A stretch of DNA of 63,417 nucleotides, the filler included, from Octopus bimaculoides (Eukaryota), in NCBI RefSeq assembly GCF_001194135.2. It is 8 parts of 7 records of this genome, joined end to end, with 100 filler letters (N's around TTAATTAATTAA, not from the genome) between each part and the next. Parts side by side here need not be neighbours in the genome. Positions count along the whole stretch, not along the records: positions 1 to 15,670 come from NC_069000.1; 7 more parts are not named here. The stretch is one strand, 5' to 3'. Position numbers and translations under genes: made by a program. The notes below the pieces were generated by a model. That model made no database searches, was not told where the DNA came from, and saw only the letters and a list, made by a program, of their open reading frames with translations. Of the stretch, positions 1 through 13,219 are shown in pieces. Within the stretch, counting starts at the first letter, position 1; the number at the start of each line of letters is the position of its first letter.

Positions 1-55
<55 letters not shown>

Positions 56-857
56 TCTCGTCTCTTTCGCTTTCTCTTCATCAGGTGTTTACATGAAGGA
101 GATATCAATTAAATTGTTCTCTCTACATGATTCTTAATATATATATATATATTATTTTATGGAAAACGCAATGTTATTAGCTAGACATAGATTTAATAGT
201 CTGCATGCGTCGATGCTTATTCTACTGTCTACCTTAATGCGGATAACAGATGCTACCTTTCCTTTATAATTCCGATCGCCAAATCCCTGTGTTTAACAGC
301 GACACATCATTATTTCCATTCATAATCTGATTTCTTTGCCAGAAATATACCTTTCTCTCCTGCTATCTGATAATGAGGCATGTGCACGTCATTAATTCTT
401 TTTCGTCAAAGAAGCAGATGCAATTTAACGCTCATTCTAAGAACTTATCCGCTGTGTCTTTATACCTAAGACTGTCTTGCGTATTTGCTTTACAATATGT
501 TATTCGTCACACACAGAAATATATACATACCATGAAGAAAGCAGCATTGAACTGAAGTACTTCTAAATTGTAGATAGCTTAATGAGGAGACAAATGCAAG
601 TATGCATTTGACAGATCATTTCATGACAGATCATTTCATGACCATTATTTATGCCTCATCTTGTACACCACTCTGTGTAAAACCTAGCTTCACGGGGACA
701 GAGCCATGGCTTCACAATATACAATGATGATGGACTATAAACCTGGACCCTGCGAAGTCTACTTTTATTAATCTAAACAATATTGTTAGCCTGGTGTAAC
801 AACTGTGAGCTTAAAAATTATTTCGCCTGGATTGATAATTCCTCCCTAATAACTTTG

Positions 858-895
<38 letters not shown>

Positions 896-1574
896 GGCAC
901 TGCCAAAATTGAGTCGTCTCAATGGTAAATGGCGCGAAAGCTCTATGATATTTGGGGTCATTGACTGACGAGGAAAGCAGCTGCGAATATTCTGGTGTAT
1001 CGTGTTTGTGCCTAAATTTCCCATCCGTTAAATTTCCGTCCAGCTTTCCATTTGCTCTACTTTCGGTTAACTTTTTCTCCTTGTTGTTCTTTCTGTTGGG
1101 GTGTTTAAAGAGTGTTTTATGAGGAGCTCGTGAAAGTGTTCTCCTATTGGTTCTATTCTAATAGTTGACCTTTGGTGGAAAATACCTCACCATCTCCCAA
1201 CTCCACGCCCGTTCAGTTATCTTGATTTTACCATTCACTATTTTCTTGCAGCTCTGATTCCTCAAAACTCCTTCACTCTTACCCTTATTATTAACAAACC
1301 CCAACCCCACCCGAAATATACCCAAATTTCTTATATATACAATCACACAGCACAACACAACTGAAGATCAGTTTGCCAATCGCCTGCAGCGAATGTGAGA
1401 AAGTTATAAAAAATTTCCTTACCGAACAAAAACACGTACGAGAACTACAAACCAAACAGTAAAATTAACTTATGTTATATTATTAGAAAATGAAATTAAT
1501 TAGAACTACCAGTGAAGTCATTGTTTTCCTTTTTCAAATGTATCTAACTGTACCAAGGACTTAACACATTTCTA

Positions 1575-1621
<47 letters not shown>

Positions 1622-2298
1622 GAGAGAGAGAGAGAGAGAGAGATGGATGGACAGATGGATGGACAAATGGATGGATGAATGGGTAGGTGGATGGATGGAT
1701 TGATGGATGGGTGGATGGATGGATGGATGGATGGATGGATGGATGGATGGATGGATAGGTGTGTAGAAGAGAGTCATGTACCAGGTGTCCCAGAATTAAC
1801 TATTTATTTCAGTAAAATCTAACAAATATTTGAGAAACTCACGTTAATGTTTAACATGTTCAATATGTCTCAAAATTCTGCAAAGTTTTAATTTTGTTAA
1901 TAATTTTTATAATTTCATAAATCTCATTTTCACTTCTTGGCTCCAGTCATTTTCTCTACTTCTGTCTCTATGACTTAGCAATCGTTTAATTAAACTTGAC
2001 GCAGTTTAGAGTGCAGGAGATAATTCCTGAAATGCTTTAAAGTGCGTTTTGCTATGCTAAGGACAGATTTAAAATTTGCACGGATACAGACGGAACACAT
2101 GTTGAGAATTTTCAATAAAGGTTTTTATATTAGATTTATAAATCTATTTGTTTTGATATCTTAATTAAGTAATAAACATAAAATTCTGTTAGCTTCTTTT
2201 CTTTTTCTTCAAATTTGCCTGAGTTCATTGAAATAGTTCATTCTGAGCTGCCCTGTACTTTTATGTATGGATTTATGAATAAGGACGTATCAAGTTTT

Positions 2299-2681
2299 GT
2301 TGTTGGCACTCCGTCGCTTACGACGCCGAGGGTTCCGGTTAATCCGATCAACGGAACAGCCTGCTCGTGAAATTAAAGTGCAAGTGACTGAGCACTCCAC
2401 AGACACGTGTACCCTTAATGTAGTTCTCGGGGAGATTCAGCGTGACACAGAGTGTGACAAGGCTGACCCTTTGAATTACAGGCACAACAGAAACAGGAAG
2501 AAAGAGTGAGAGAAAGTTGTGGTGGAAGAGTACATCAGGGTACGCCACAATCCCCTGCCGGAGCCTCATGGAGCTTTAGGTGTTTTCGCACAATAAACCT
2601 CACAACACCCGGTCTGGGAATCGAAACCGCGATTCTATGACCGAGAGTCCGCTGCCCTAACCACTGGGCCATTGCGCCTCC
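2299..2681 (-). mobile_element. Full-length tRNA-derived SINE (family A) with (CAA)n tail
   Basis: Minus strand starts GTGGAGGCGCAATGGCCCAGTGGTTAGG (A box) and has GGTTTCGATTCCC (B-box-like); ends GTGCCAACAAC. Perfect 14-bp TSD ACGTATCAAGTTTT at 2285-2298 and 2682-2695. Other copies at 7708 and 33328. Confidence 0.92.
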
Positions 2682-3188
2682 ACGTATCAAGTTTTAAGAC
2701 TGTTCAAACGTTTTTACTATCAGAAATGTGGGTCGCTTTATTTTGACACAAAAAACTTCAGCTTCTTAGAAAATATAACCATATTAATGCGAGCGGGTGC
2801 TTATGTCTTTACTTTTCTCCTGTTTGCCATATGTCCTTGTCTATCACATAGTTTCTCCTTCCGTGTGTATGTACTCGTGCGTATGTGTTTTATGTGATGT
2901 TATCAAATGCTGTTATACCACAACAAAAATCAGCTGTCGACCACAGGTGTTAGTTTTGTATTGTTCAATTACCTAGGAAATTTATGTAGGCAGAAACTTG
3001 ATATCTATATTGAATTTTTAATTGCATTTATAACATTCACCGCTGAGTCGTCCTTGGATTCCATCTATCCATTATTCAAAACAAAATTCTTGTATAATCA
3101 AATTGTATTCCGTTCCCTCAATACTGCTTAAGGCAGGCATTCAACCAATGATACAACTACCTTTCTTTGCATAAAATTGAATGGTTTC

Positions 3189-3384
3189 TCAATACTTAAA
3201 TTCCCAGCCGTTGTCGTTTGCTGTATCCATTGCGGCAATATAAGAATAACACTTTGCTAAACCAAATGTAATTTTATTCTTCTGTTTAAAAATCAGTTTT
3301 ACTCTTGTCTCATCTTTCACCAATCTGACGACGAACGTCCTTCTAAATCCAACGGGTATGTTCTTGTAGTTGTCACTATTCACA
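3189..3384 (-). CDS. Candidate terminal coding exon of an unidentified gene (VNSDNYKNIPVGF...DNGWEFKY*)
   Basis: TTTGCAG acceptor at 3385-3386, then 1 nt plus 64 open codons to TGA; minus-strand AATAAA near 2737-2742; non-repetitive. No homology recognised. Confidence 0.35.
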
Positions 3385-3700
3385 CTGCAAATTATTCACC
3401 ACACACAAACAATTGGAAATAAACGCTTCATTTATTTCTATTCATTGCTCTCATTTGATCCACTCTTTCTCTCTCTCCTCCTCTCTCCCTTCTCTCATTG
3501 TTACATTCTTTCAGGCCTTTCAACTAATTGCATTCATTGTGAATACAATGATAGAATTTACAGAGGTGAACAAACGTTAGAATCATTTATTATGCTCTCT
3601 ACGAATTAATGAGGAATCGTCCACGTGATCTTTCAACATTTAAGAAATTGCAGTTAAAACTCCTTCAAAGTACATCTTTAAAAGAGAGAAAAGAAATATA

Positions 3701-3915
3701 TTGGTTTCAAATATTGGCATACGGCCAGTAATTACGGGGCGGGAGGGTAAATCAACGACGTCGGCTCAGGTACTCAACTGGTGCTTATTTTGTCGACTCC
3801 GGCAGGATGAAAAGCAGAGTAGTCCTCACCAGCGTTTGAACACAGAACAAAAAGACGGACGAAATGTCGCGAAGCATTTTGTCTTGCGTGCTAGAGTCTA
3901 CCAACTAGACGCCGT
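3701..3915 (-). mobile_element. Degenerate tRNA-derived SINE (family B)
   Basis: Aligns by eye with the family-B copies at 12079, 21887 and 29804 (CTCAACTGGTGCTTATTT...GGATGAAA...TTTGAAC). Confidence 0.75.
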
Positions 3916-3929
3916 AAACGAGAGAATTA

Positions 3930-4158
3930 TTAGGTTGGTGCATAATTATTACGGCTTTTTTTTCAATAAATTTTATTCAACAAAAAAATTAAAGAAAGCG
4001 CCAACTTAAACAAAACGCCAGGCAGAATTTAAAGTAGATGGTGAATATGCTCCGGAATAATCATTTAAAGATGTTTTTGTTAAATATTGTTATTTTGTTT
4101 TTTTTTTCTTGTGTAAAATTTATTGAAAATGAGCCGCATTAATTATACACCAACCTAA
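3930..4158. mobile_element. Mariner-type MITE
   Basis: TIRs TTAGGTTGGTGCATAATTAT and ATAATTATACACCAACCTAA, flanked by TA (3928-3929 and 4159-4160); 229 bp, no ORF. Confidence 0.88.
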
Positions 4159-4801
4159 TATATTAGGGAACGCAGTTGTACTTCTGCTACAAAGGCGAGA
4201 TAAAGAAAAAAAGAAGTAGGGAAAGCATGTACATATTCTAGGAGCAGCCGAAGTCGATGCAACTACGTAATCCCTCCATGAAATCATTCCCATGTTCTAG
4301 AAATTTGAAACCCTTATTTACTGAGGCGGAAGACGACGTTTTGGCAGAGCCTGTAGCACAGCGGGCAAATTTCTTAGCGGTATTTTATTCGTTTTCACGT
4401 TCTGATTTCTAATTTCACCGTGGTCGATCTTGCCGTTTATAGTTTCAAAATCGATGAAATAACTACCAGTTTAACACTCAAGTCTATGTAAACGACTAGA
4501 CCCCAACCACCACACCTAAAATTGCATTGTGATTATATTAGGATGGATTGCTGAGGGAAGTGTATTTTTGCTGCTTTGTTACTGAATCTCTATTGCATAA
4601 CTTTTACAGGACTGTATAGTTATTGAATTCATTTATTAGGTGCTTTGAATTTTCTGTGTTTTTTTTTTTTTATTCATTTTCGTTTTGTATTATGTTATCG
4701 ATTGTACTGGTAAATATTTGTCATAGTTCGATGGCTTTGTTGATCGGAACTGTATTTTAACCAAAGTTACTCTAACTTAAATATGTTATTAATTAAGAGT
4801 G

Positions 4802-4873
<72 letters not shown>

Positions 4874-5544
4874 CATACATACATATATGCATACATACAT
4901 GCATACATATATACATACATACATACATACATACATATGCATACATATATACATACATACATATATATTCATATATACATATATAGGTGTGTGTGCGCGC
5001 GCGTGTAATTAAGCCTATACATGTTTATATACATACATATCTATATCCATATCTATCTATCTATCTATCTATCCCTATTTATATATATATCTGTGTATAT
5101 ATATATGTGTGTGTGGGGGGGGGGTGTATACTTGTATGTATATATAAGTAGATGGATAGATGAACTATTTATAAGTGTCTGGTACTATCAGTTACATCTA
5201 ACGGCTGATTGGTTTTTACTAATGGGATTCTTATTCTCATTTTGTTTTTATCACTAATTAAACATTCTTTATAGAGTGGTGTTTGTGTATTGGTTCTTTT
5301 TTCTGTTTCTTTCGGTGGTTGGCGTATCGAACGTGTCTGTTTAACTAATTATATATCTGGCGTATTCGTTCAATTGTATAGAATATGTTTGGAGAATATT
5401 CAATCTCTGTGTTTGCACAAATATAAATGAAGAAACCAAAGTATAACGAATATGCAAATGCACACATATGTATACACATAAGAGTAAATCATAGAACTAG
5501 AAGATTCGCTTGAACGTCGGAGAAAATATTTTGCTTTCATGTAT

Positions 5545-5900
5545 GTCTTATATGACATCACGTCTGATAAGGCAACACGAGGCACACGCATCACAGTGCC
5601 CGACATGGTGATCTCCTATCGAGGTAAACAGAGCATGACCTTGCAGGTGGGGCTCAGTTAGAATTTTCTTCTACTCAAGTATCCCATCCCCTTCTAAAGG
5701 TTAATGAATAAGATTTGTTTAGGGGTGAAGCACCCATGTCTTCAGAGGCGAATTATTCAAACCCAAAGGAATTGCTCTCAACATATGGTTATGAGGCTCC
5801 CCCACTATTTCTGATCGTGATCAGAGATGCAATTATTGTCAGTCACTAAGGGAAATGTTCAAATGGTTAAGGTCAAACAACTGACAATACATCTAGTGGA
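5545..5900. mobile_element. Dispersed repeat, probably retroposon-derived
   Basis: CATGACCTTGCAGGTGGGGCTCAGTTAGAATTTTCTTC block recurs in diverged form at about 17060-17290. Confidence 0.55.
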
Positions 5901-7707
5901 GTAGGGGTCTTTAATATCTATTCTTCTTAAAATAAGGATTAAATGCCAAACCGTAAATGACAGAACGTAATGTGAGAACATCAAAGAATATGCTTTGTCG
6001 TACTTTTGTCCGCTCATTACGTTTTCAGTTGAAATACAACCATAAATTAATCAGAAGATTTACGTAAACTATCATCAAGTCTCACACAATCGTCCGTGAC
6101 CACGGGTGACACTAATGTTGCAACTCCTCTCAGCTTCGCACCAGGTTGAAGTTAAATTTTCCCTCCCCGCAACGATTCTAGAAAACCCCGTCAAGGCCCA
6201 TACGCACTACCGTTTGTCCTCATAAAATACTATTAACTCACGCTGTCACAAACCTAGGTCTAAACGATAAATTGGACACATAACAGAGCAAGAAATTCAA
6301 TGCAACAAACAAGAGAGCTGCCTGAATTATTTGTCTTTCACTGGTCGAAGTTTAGCTATCCGTCCTTCCAACGATTCTAGAAAGCCCTGCCAGTGATCAT
6401 ATGCACGGTCTTCCGTCGCGATATAATAGTTATAAACATATTCTCTTGTAACTGTTAATTAGTACACTAACAAACCTAAAATTAAACAACAAGCTCAATA
6501 CATACCATGCAGAAGGATATTCAACGTAACGAAAATGAGGACCTCCTGAATTATTCTTTTCGTTGGTCTTATACGTCAAATGCAATCATTGGTATGCGAA
6601 ACAAATTTCAGCCTATAGGGATTTCAATACGAAAAGCTAGGAACAAATGCTTAGTTTACATAAGTTGGAAATAGTGAAGTCTAATATATACTGTTATAGG
6701 GAGGAAAATACCTGCAACATTAATGTTACTCAACGTATGCTCTGTGGTGTGGTTTAGAGGAGGTTAATTCACCAATAATTTGCCCATCGATATTTCTTAT
6801 AAAATTTGCACACGTACATAATTTCGGTGGTTTGACTTCATCATGTATTGAATTACATTATGAATTAATTAGAATATTTGGATTACAATGTTGGTTTTAA
6901 ATAGTATCAGCGAAACTCGAAACAACACACCAGTGAATACCATGAAAGACCGCTTGTATTATGATGGAAGGTTCTGAATGTCAATGGGAGATTTTTCTAG
7001 GTAAATTCAGTCGTAATGAAATAGACGAAATTTGCCACTTCTAAATCTATAACACTCTTTCATCACCTATTTTCATGCATCTCCTTTTCGAGAGAGTAGA
7101 CTGGTGCTCGTTTTCTGGGAACGACCCCCTCTTTAGAGCAATAAAGGAAGTATGGCATATACACCCCGATCTTATTTTTCCATCTTCAATCCCATTAGTG
7201 TTGATAATATACGTATACGGAAAGGAAATGTCGTGAGAAATCAGTACTGGCTATGATATCTAAAGAAAATCTGCAGAGATAATATTAACATGTGATAATA
7301 TATATCGCTTGGATATACAGTCTTATATATAACAGAAAGGGCAGCAGCTTATGATCGGCATTGTATCACAAAATAGCCCGTTGAAGTTCCAAGTATACTG
7401 CATACCCTTTTAAAATTTCTGTTTAAATTGTTTCAGTCACTGGAAAGCAAACACGCTGAGACACCATACAAAGGATTAGATTTTGCTTGATATTTACTCG
7501 AACTTCTTAATTCACTTCTTTTCGAATGCTTACATTTTAAATTTCTAAAATCTAAATGGGAACATAAGTATTTAATTTCTATTTCTCATCGTCAAGTAGT
7601 ACCAAGTGCAATAGCAACGGATGTTCTGGCAAATATTTCAGTCTGAACAAAAGCAATTTTTCTGACCTATGAGATATATTATCTGAACAATATTAAATAC
7701 TAGCCAA

Positions 7708-8326
7708 GTGCAGGCGCAATGGCCCAGTGGTTAGGTCAGTCGACTCGCAGTCGTAGGATCGCGGTTTCGATTGCCACTTCTAAATCTATAACACTCTTTC
7801 ATCACCTATTTGCATGCATCTCCTTTTCGAGAGAGTAGACTGGTGCTCGTTTTCTGGGAACGACCCCCTCTTTAGAGCAATAAAGGAAGTATGGCATATA
7901 CACCCCGATCTTATTTCTCCATCTTCAATCCCATTAGTGTTGATAATATACGTATACGGAAAGGAAATGTCGTGAGAAATCAGTACTGGCTATGATATCT
8001 AAAGAAAATCTGCAGAGATAATATTAATATTAATATGAGCGAAAACACCTAAAGCTCCACGAAGCTTCGGCAGGGGATGGTGGCGAACCCTGCTGTACTC
8101 TTTCACCACAACTTTCTCTCACTCTTACTTCCTGTTTCTGTTGTGCCACTAATTCAAAGGGTCAGCCTTGTCACACTGTGTCACGCTGAATATCCCCGAG
8201 AACTACGTTAAGGGTACACGTGTCTGTGGAGTGCTCAGCCACTTGCACGTTAATTTTACGTGCAGGCTGTTACGTTGATCGGATCAACTGGAACCCTCGT
8301 CGTCGTAACCGACGGAGTGCCAACAA
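7708..8326 (+). mobile_element. Family-A SINE interrupted by a templated local insertion
   Basis: tRNA head 7708-7772, SINE body resumes near 8037 (GAGCGAAAACACC), CAACA tail; near-perfect TSD TACTAGCCAA (7698-7707) / TACTAGGCAA (8328-8337). Confidence 0.9.
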
Positions 8327-9592
8327 TTACTAGGCAAGATAAAACACCTCTCCTATGTATTTTTCTCTAATTTCTTCAAATTATAATCTCGTTTTCACGT
8401 CTTGTGTTGTATTTTCTTGTCTTGTACATCGATCCCGGTTTTACGAAGTAGCAAATGCGGCTGGGCATTTTGCTGGAGTGCTAACGATTCTGCCAAATTT
8501 TCTACCTCAATTTTCATAATAATAACCACAGCAACAACAACCATATTACTAATAATAATAATAATAAATAAATAAATTAATTAATTATTTATAACAATAA
8601 TAATAAAAGCAAATTGTAGATCTTGTTAAGACAAAGTTTCCATATATGGGACAGCTGAGTACAGAAAGTGGTGAGAATCAAATGTCCTTTGCGTAGTATA
8701 ACGTGCTTGCGGGTAATCAGATCATAATCAGTGCATATGTGTGGAGAAGTTGTGATGCAGACTGTTTGGATACAGTAAGTACATGAGCTCTAAATAAAGC
8801 GTCGTATGATCAACTAGTTGGATATAAATGATGAACGTTGTGATGCGAAATATAGTCTGTATTTGAGCACTAAATAGATAAATTGTATGGTAAGGTAAAG
8901 CGGTTATATGAAGTCAATATTTGTGCGGTAAATATACAAAGTGTGTTGCAGATGTGAATCAGACGGGTGAGATATAATCAGTAGATTTGCTGTAAATTGA
9001 TAAATATTATGAAATTTGAGAGATGTACGTATGTATTCTGGTCTCTTTAGTATTATGTTTATCACGATTATTTCAGCTACTTAAGAAGAATTTCTGTCAC
9101 TAACATAGAATCAGATCTCTTCCGTCGTCAAAACAAATGAGGCATCTTGGAGAACATATGGCTAAACTAATAACAATTTCTTGTCTCAAGTAACTTGATT
9201 TAATACATAGAAACAAATATGAATTTAACATGTTTTCGAATGGAGGATATTACTTATTTAAAATTGTATGTCATCTCAGACCAACGTACGAAACTTAACA
9301 TTAATGATACCATAGAAATACAAAAAAAAAGAAAAAATAATAAAAAAGAAAAAAGAAATTTATGGTCACTTTCAACATGTTTGGACTCTACCCAGCAGTA
9401 AATCACAATATGAAATATTTCATTATTAATAATTGATGAAAAAGAAAATATATTCATTGAAAACCTACGACATAGAGCAGTACTAAAGGAATGATTAATG
9501 TTGGGTTATGATTATTTCATATAATCTCAGACACAAACACATACACAATTACATAAGAGCATACATATAAACATGTAAATATTTATACATAC

Positions 9593-9632
<40 letters not shown>

Positions 9633-10080
9633 NNNNNNNNNNNNNNNNNNNNNNNNNNNNNNNNNNNNNNNNNNNNNNNNNNNNNNNNNNNNNNNNNNNN
9701 NNNNNNNNNNNNNNNNNNNNNNNNNNNNNNNNNNNNNNNNNNNNNNNNNNNNNNNNNNNNNNNNNNNNNNNNNNNNNNNNNNNNNNNNNNNNNNNNNNNN
9801 NNNNNNNNNNNNNNNNNNNNNNNNNNNNNNNNNNNNNNNNNNNNNNNNNNNNNNNNNNNNNNNNNNNNNNNNNNNNNNNNNNNNNNNNNNNNNNNNNNNN
9901 NNNNNNNNNNNNNNNNNNNNNNNNNNNNNNNNNNNNNNNNNNNNNNNATATATATATGACAGTGAGTGAAGAAAAGATGTGTGTGTTGAGTGGGTTTAGA
10001 GTAGTGGACTGCATGCCGAGGTATATGCTATTAATAACAATGGTAGTGATGATGATGATGATAATGATGATGATGATGAT

Positions 10081-10111
<31 letters not shown>

Positions 10112-10766
10112 GTGCTGATGCTGCGCTGCTGTTGCTGCCGCTGTTGTTGTTGCTGCTGTTGCGTTGTTGTTGCTGATGATGATGACGTTGATGCTGATGG
10201 TGGAGATGGTAATAAAAGTATATTATGGAGGCAGTTGATGGATGATTTTCTGCTGTTGATGGTGAAGAGTATGGAGGCTTGAAATGGCATGAAGTGTTGA
10301 TGATGAGAATAAATGGTAAAACAGGGACAGGATATGGACGATAGTTCTAATGTCGACCAAGTTAAACTGCGGCATGCGGTGATGGACACGGTGTTAGTGT
10401 CATAGTCATTTACAACCTGTCGACATTTTGCTGACGACACATTAATGCTTATCTACTTATTTATCTATTTTATGGGACCAGGTACTCAGAGGGTCAAAAT
10501 GGCAATAAGGACACAATTTATCCCTAACGCAAACCTTTACATCATTATAAGAAAGTTTCCCTACCTGTAGGTTCAATTAGCTTCATATAGGTACTGCCAA
10601 GGCCCTATGGTTAATACGATCGTTTTTCAATCACATGCTTTGAGGGTTCGGTCCCACTGTGCGTCATATTGGACATTTATCTTCTGTTGTAAACAACGTC
10701 CGATGAGTCATATTTATAAACCGAAACTATGCGGGCATTCAACATGCGTGTGTACGTTATATATAT

Positions 10767-10944
10767 TTGATGAACGATGAGACAAGAGTAAAACTGATTT
10801 TTAAACAGAAGAATAAAATTACATTTGGATTAGCAAAGTGTTATTCTTATATTGCCGCAATGGATACAGCAAACGACAACGGCTGGGAATTTAAGTATTG
10901 AGAAACCATTCCATTTTATGCAAACAATGGTAGATGTATCATTG
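10767..10944 (+). repeat. Inverted duplicate of 3146-3323
   Basis: 178 bp, 7 differences counted by eye against the reverse complement of 3146-3323. Confidence 0.9.
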
Positions 10945-12078
10945 ATACGCGTATATATTATCACGTTAAACCGTTATTCCCTACACATTTTTCTCTCCAT
11001 TTCTTTCCTCTCAATCCTTTCCTACGAAGAGTGTAGGCTCGAAATCTCACATGTGCGTCAGAAGCAGTACCGCAGGAAATCTGCAGTTTCTTATGAGGGA
11101 GTAAATTATCATTATAGATATGGGGTAAAGAATTATTAATTAATTAATAAATTAATAATTAATATTTTTACCAAGTAGCTCGGTATGGAAAAAAAACCAT
11201 TATCGGTAAAAATTCGGATATGCTGTTTCTCTTCTGTGATGTTCGATGTCGCCTGATCGAGCATGCATTGTTTTTGTTAGCATTTTCAAATTTATAATCT
11301 TGAATATCATATATNNNNNNNNNNNNNNNNNNNNNNNNNNNNNNNNNNNNNNNNNNNNNNNNNNNNNNNNNNNNNNNNNNNNNNNNNNNNNNNNNNNNNN
11401 NNNNNNNNNNNNNNNNNNNNNNNNNNNNNNNNNNNNNNNNNNNNNNNNNNNNNNNNNNNNNNNNNNNNNNNNNATATATATATAAACAAACACGTTATCT
11501 AATGAAATGTTTTCTGTACCTCGTGACAATAAATTCCGTTTACACGCCTTCCATTATCCAGTGATTACATCTGTTATCGCAGGTTCTTGTAATGAAAGTG
11601 AGCTACATAATTTCTATTCACTCATACTATGGTCCTCGCTTCCTCATACACGCTTAATTGTTTGTTTGTAGTTCGCATTTTACAATGGTTCTCATGGTGA
11701 TCTTCATGAAAGTTCTACTTATCTCTAACAGTGAAGTTGTTTTCGGTTATAGAACTTGTAACTGTACAAACCATAGTGTTACACGTCTTTTGTTTTTCGC
11801 TGTAGTTAAGTCGAAGGCAGAAACAAGACTGCTATAATCGATAAGTTATCGAATGTTTTGTTTGTACGACAGTTGTGTTGTTTCTTTTTCATAGTCGTAA
11901 TTCTTTTGAATATTCTAATTAGTGTTACAAGTTTGTTTGCTTTCATTGTTTTTGCTCTCGCTACTATGTTTTCTGTTTGGCTTTAAATGTTTTTAAACTA
12001 TTTGTAATTCCTAGCAATGTTTATCTTTTGTAGTAATTTTGTGTTATTCAGTGCGGTCATATATTTACCTGGCAATAT

Positions 12079-12292
12079 TCTTTTCTACTCTAGGTTCAAG
12101 GCCCGAAATGTTTGGGGAGGGGTCCAATCGATTAGACTGACCCCAGTACGCAACTGGTACTTAATTTATCGACGCCGAAAGGATGAAAGGCAAAGTCGAC
12201 CTCGGCATGATTTGAGCATAGAACGAAAAGACAGACGAAATACCGCTAAGCATTTCGCTCGGCTGCTAACGTTTCTGCTATCTCGCCGCCTT
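12079..12292 (-). mobile_element. tRNA-derived SINE (family B)
   Basis: Minus strand AAGGCGGCGAGATAGCAGAAACGTTAGC...GAGGTCGACTTTGCCTTTCATCCTTTCGGCGTCGATAAATTAAGTACCAG...TAGAAAAGA. Confidence 0.88.
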
Positions 12293-13219
12293 TGGTGTTC
12301 ACCGATAATCTTTTCTACTCTAGGCACAATGCTACATATAATACTACAAGATGGGGCAAGTTACATTTAATGTAAGACACCCACACAAAGAAAATAATCA
12401 TGACAGAAGAATTTTCGATGGCGTTATTATTGTTTTTCACCTCAGATCAGCTGACTGAACAGAATTATATGAAAATGCATACCAGCTGTGACCTTTCTGT
12501 ATTATATATATATAAAGTTGTAGTATATTGTCAACTTAATGTGACAATCCCAATAAGGGAATACACTACTGCCGTTTAGCCCTAGGAAGCTGGACCGCTT
12601 CCTGTCGGCCTTGACACAATTACTGTGTCCTTAAGTTTGTGAAGGGGAGACAAGCNNNNNNNNNNNNNNNNNNNNNNNNNNNNNNNNNNNNNNNNNNNNN
12701 NNNNNNNNNNNNNNNNNNNNNNNNNNNNNNNNNNNNNNNNNNNNNNNNNNNNNNNNNNNNNNNNNNNNNNNNNNNNNNNNNNNNNNNNNNNNNNNNNNNN
12801 NNNNNNNNNNNNNNNNNNNNNNNNNNNNNNNNNNNNNNNNNNNNNNNNNNNNNNNNNNNNNNNNNNNNNNNNNNNNNNNNNNNNNNNNNNNNNNNNNNNN
12901 NNNNNNNNNNNNNNNNNNNNNNNNNNNNNNNNNNNNNNNNNNNNNNNNNNNNNNNNNNNNNNNNNNNNNNNNNNNNNNNNNNNNNNNNNNNNNNNNNNNN
13001 NNNNNNNNNNNNNNNNNNNNNNNNNNNNNNNNNNNNNNNNNNNNNNNNNNNNNNNNNNNNNNNNNNNNNNNNNNNNNNNNNNNNNNNNNNNNNNNNNNNN
13101 NNNNNNNNNNNNNNNNNNNNNNNNNNNNNNNNNNNNNNNNNNNNNNNNNNNNNNNNNNNNNNNNNNNNNNNNNNNNNNNNNNNNNNNNNNNNNNNNNNNN
13201 NNNNNNNNNNNNNNNNNNT

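Noticed and set aside
2297-2569. ORFs inside SINEs, including tRNA-like heads that could be called tRNA genes
   Set aside because: They lie in multi-copy SINEs with tails and TSDs; no complete cloverleaf with acceptor stem.
4767-5257. YI/HT/CV/RE-repeat ORFs here and throughout
   Set aside because: Translations of (TA)n, (CA)n, (GA)n and (CATA)n microsatellites.
6965-7250. ~83-codon open minus frame in the templated-insertion source region
   Set aside because: No convincing splice pair or homology, and no start codon until late in the frame.
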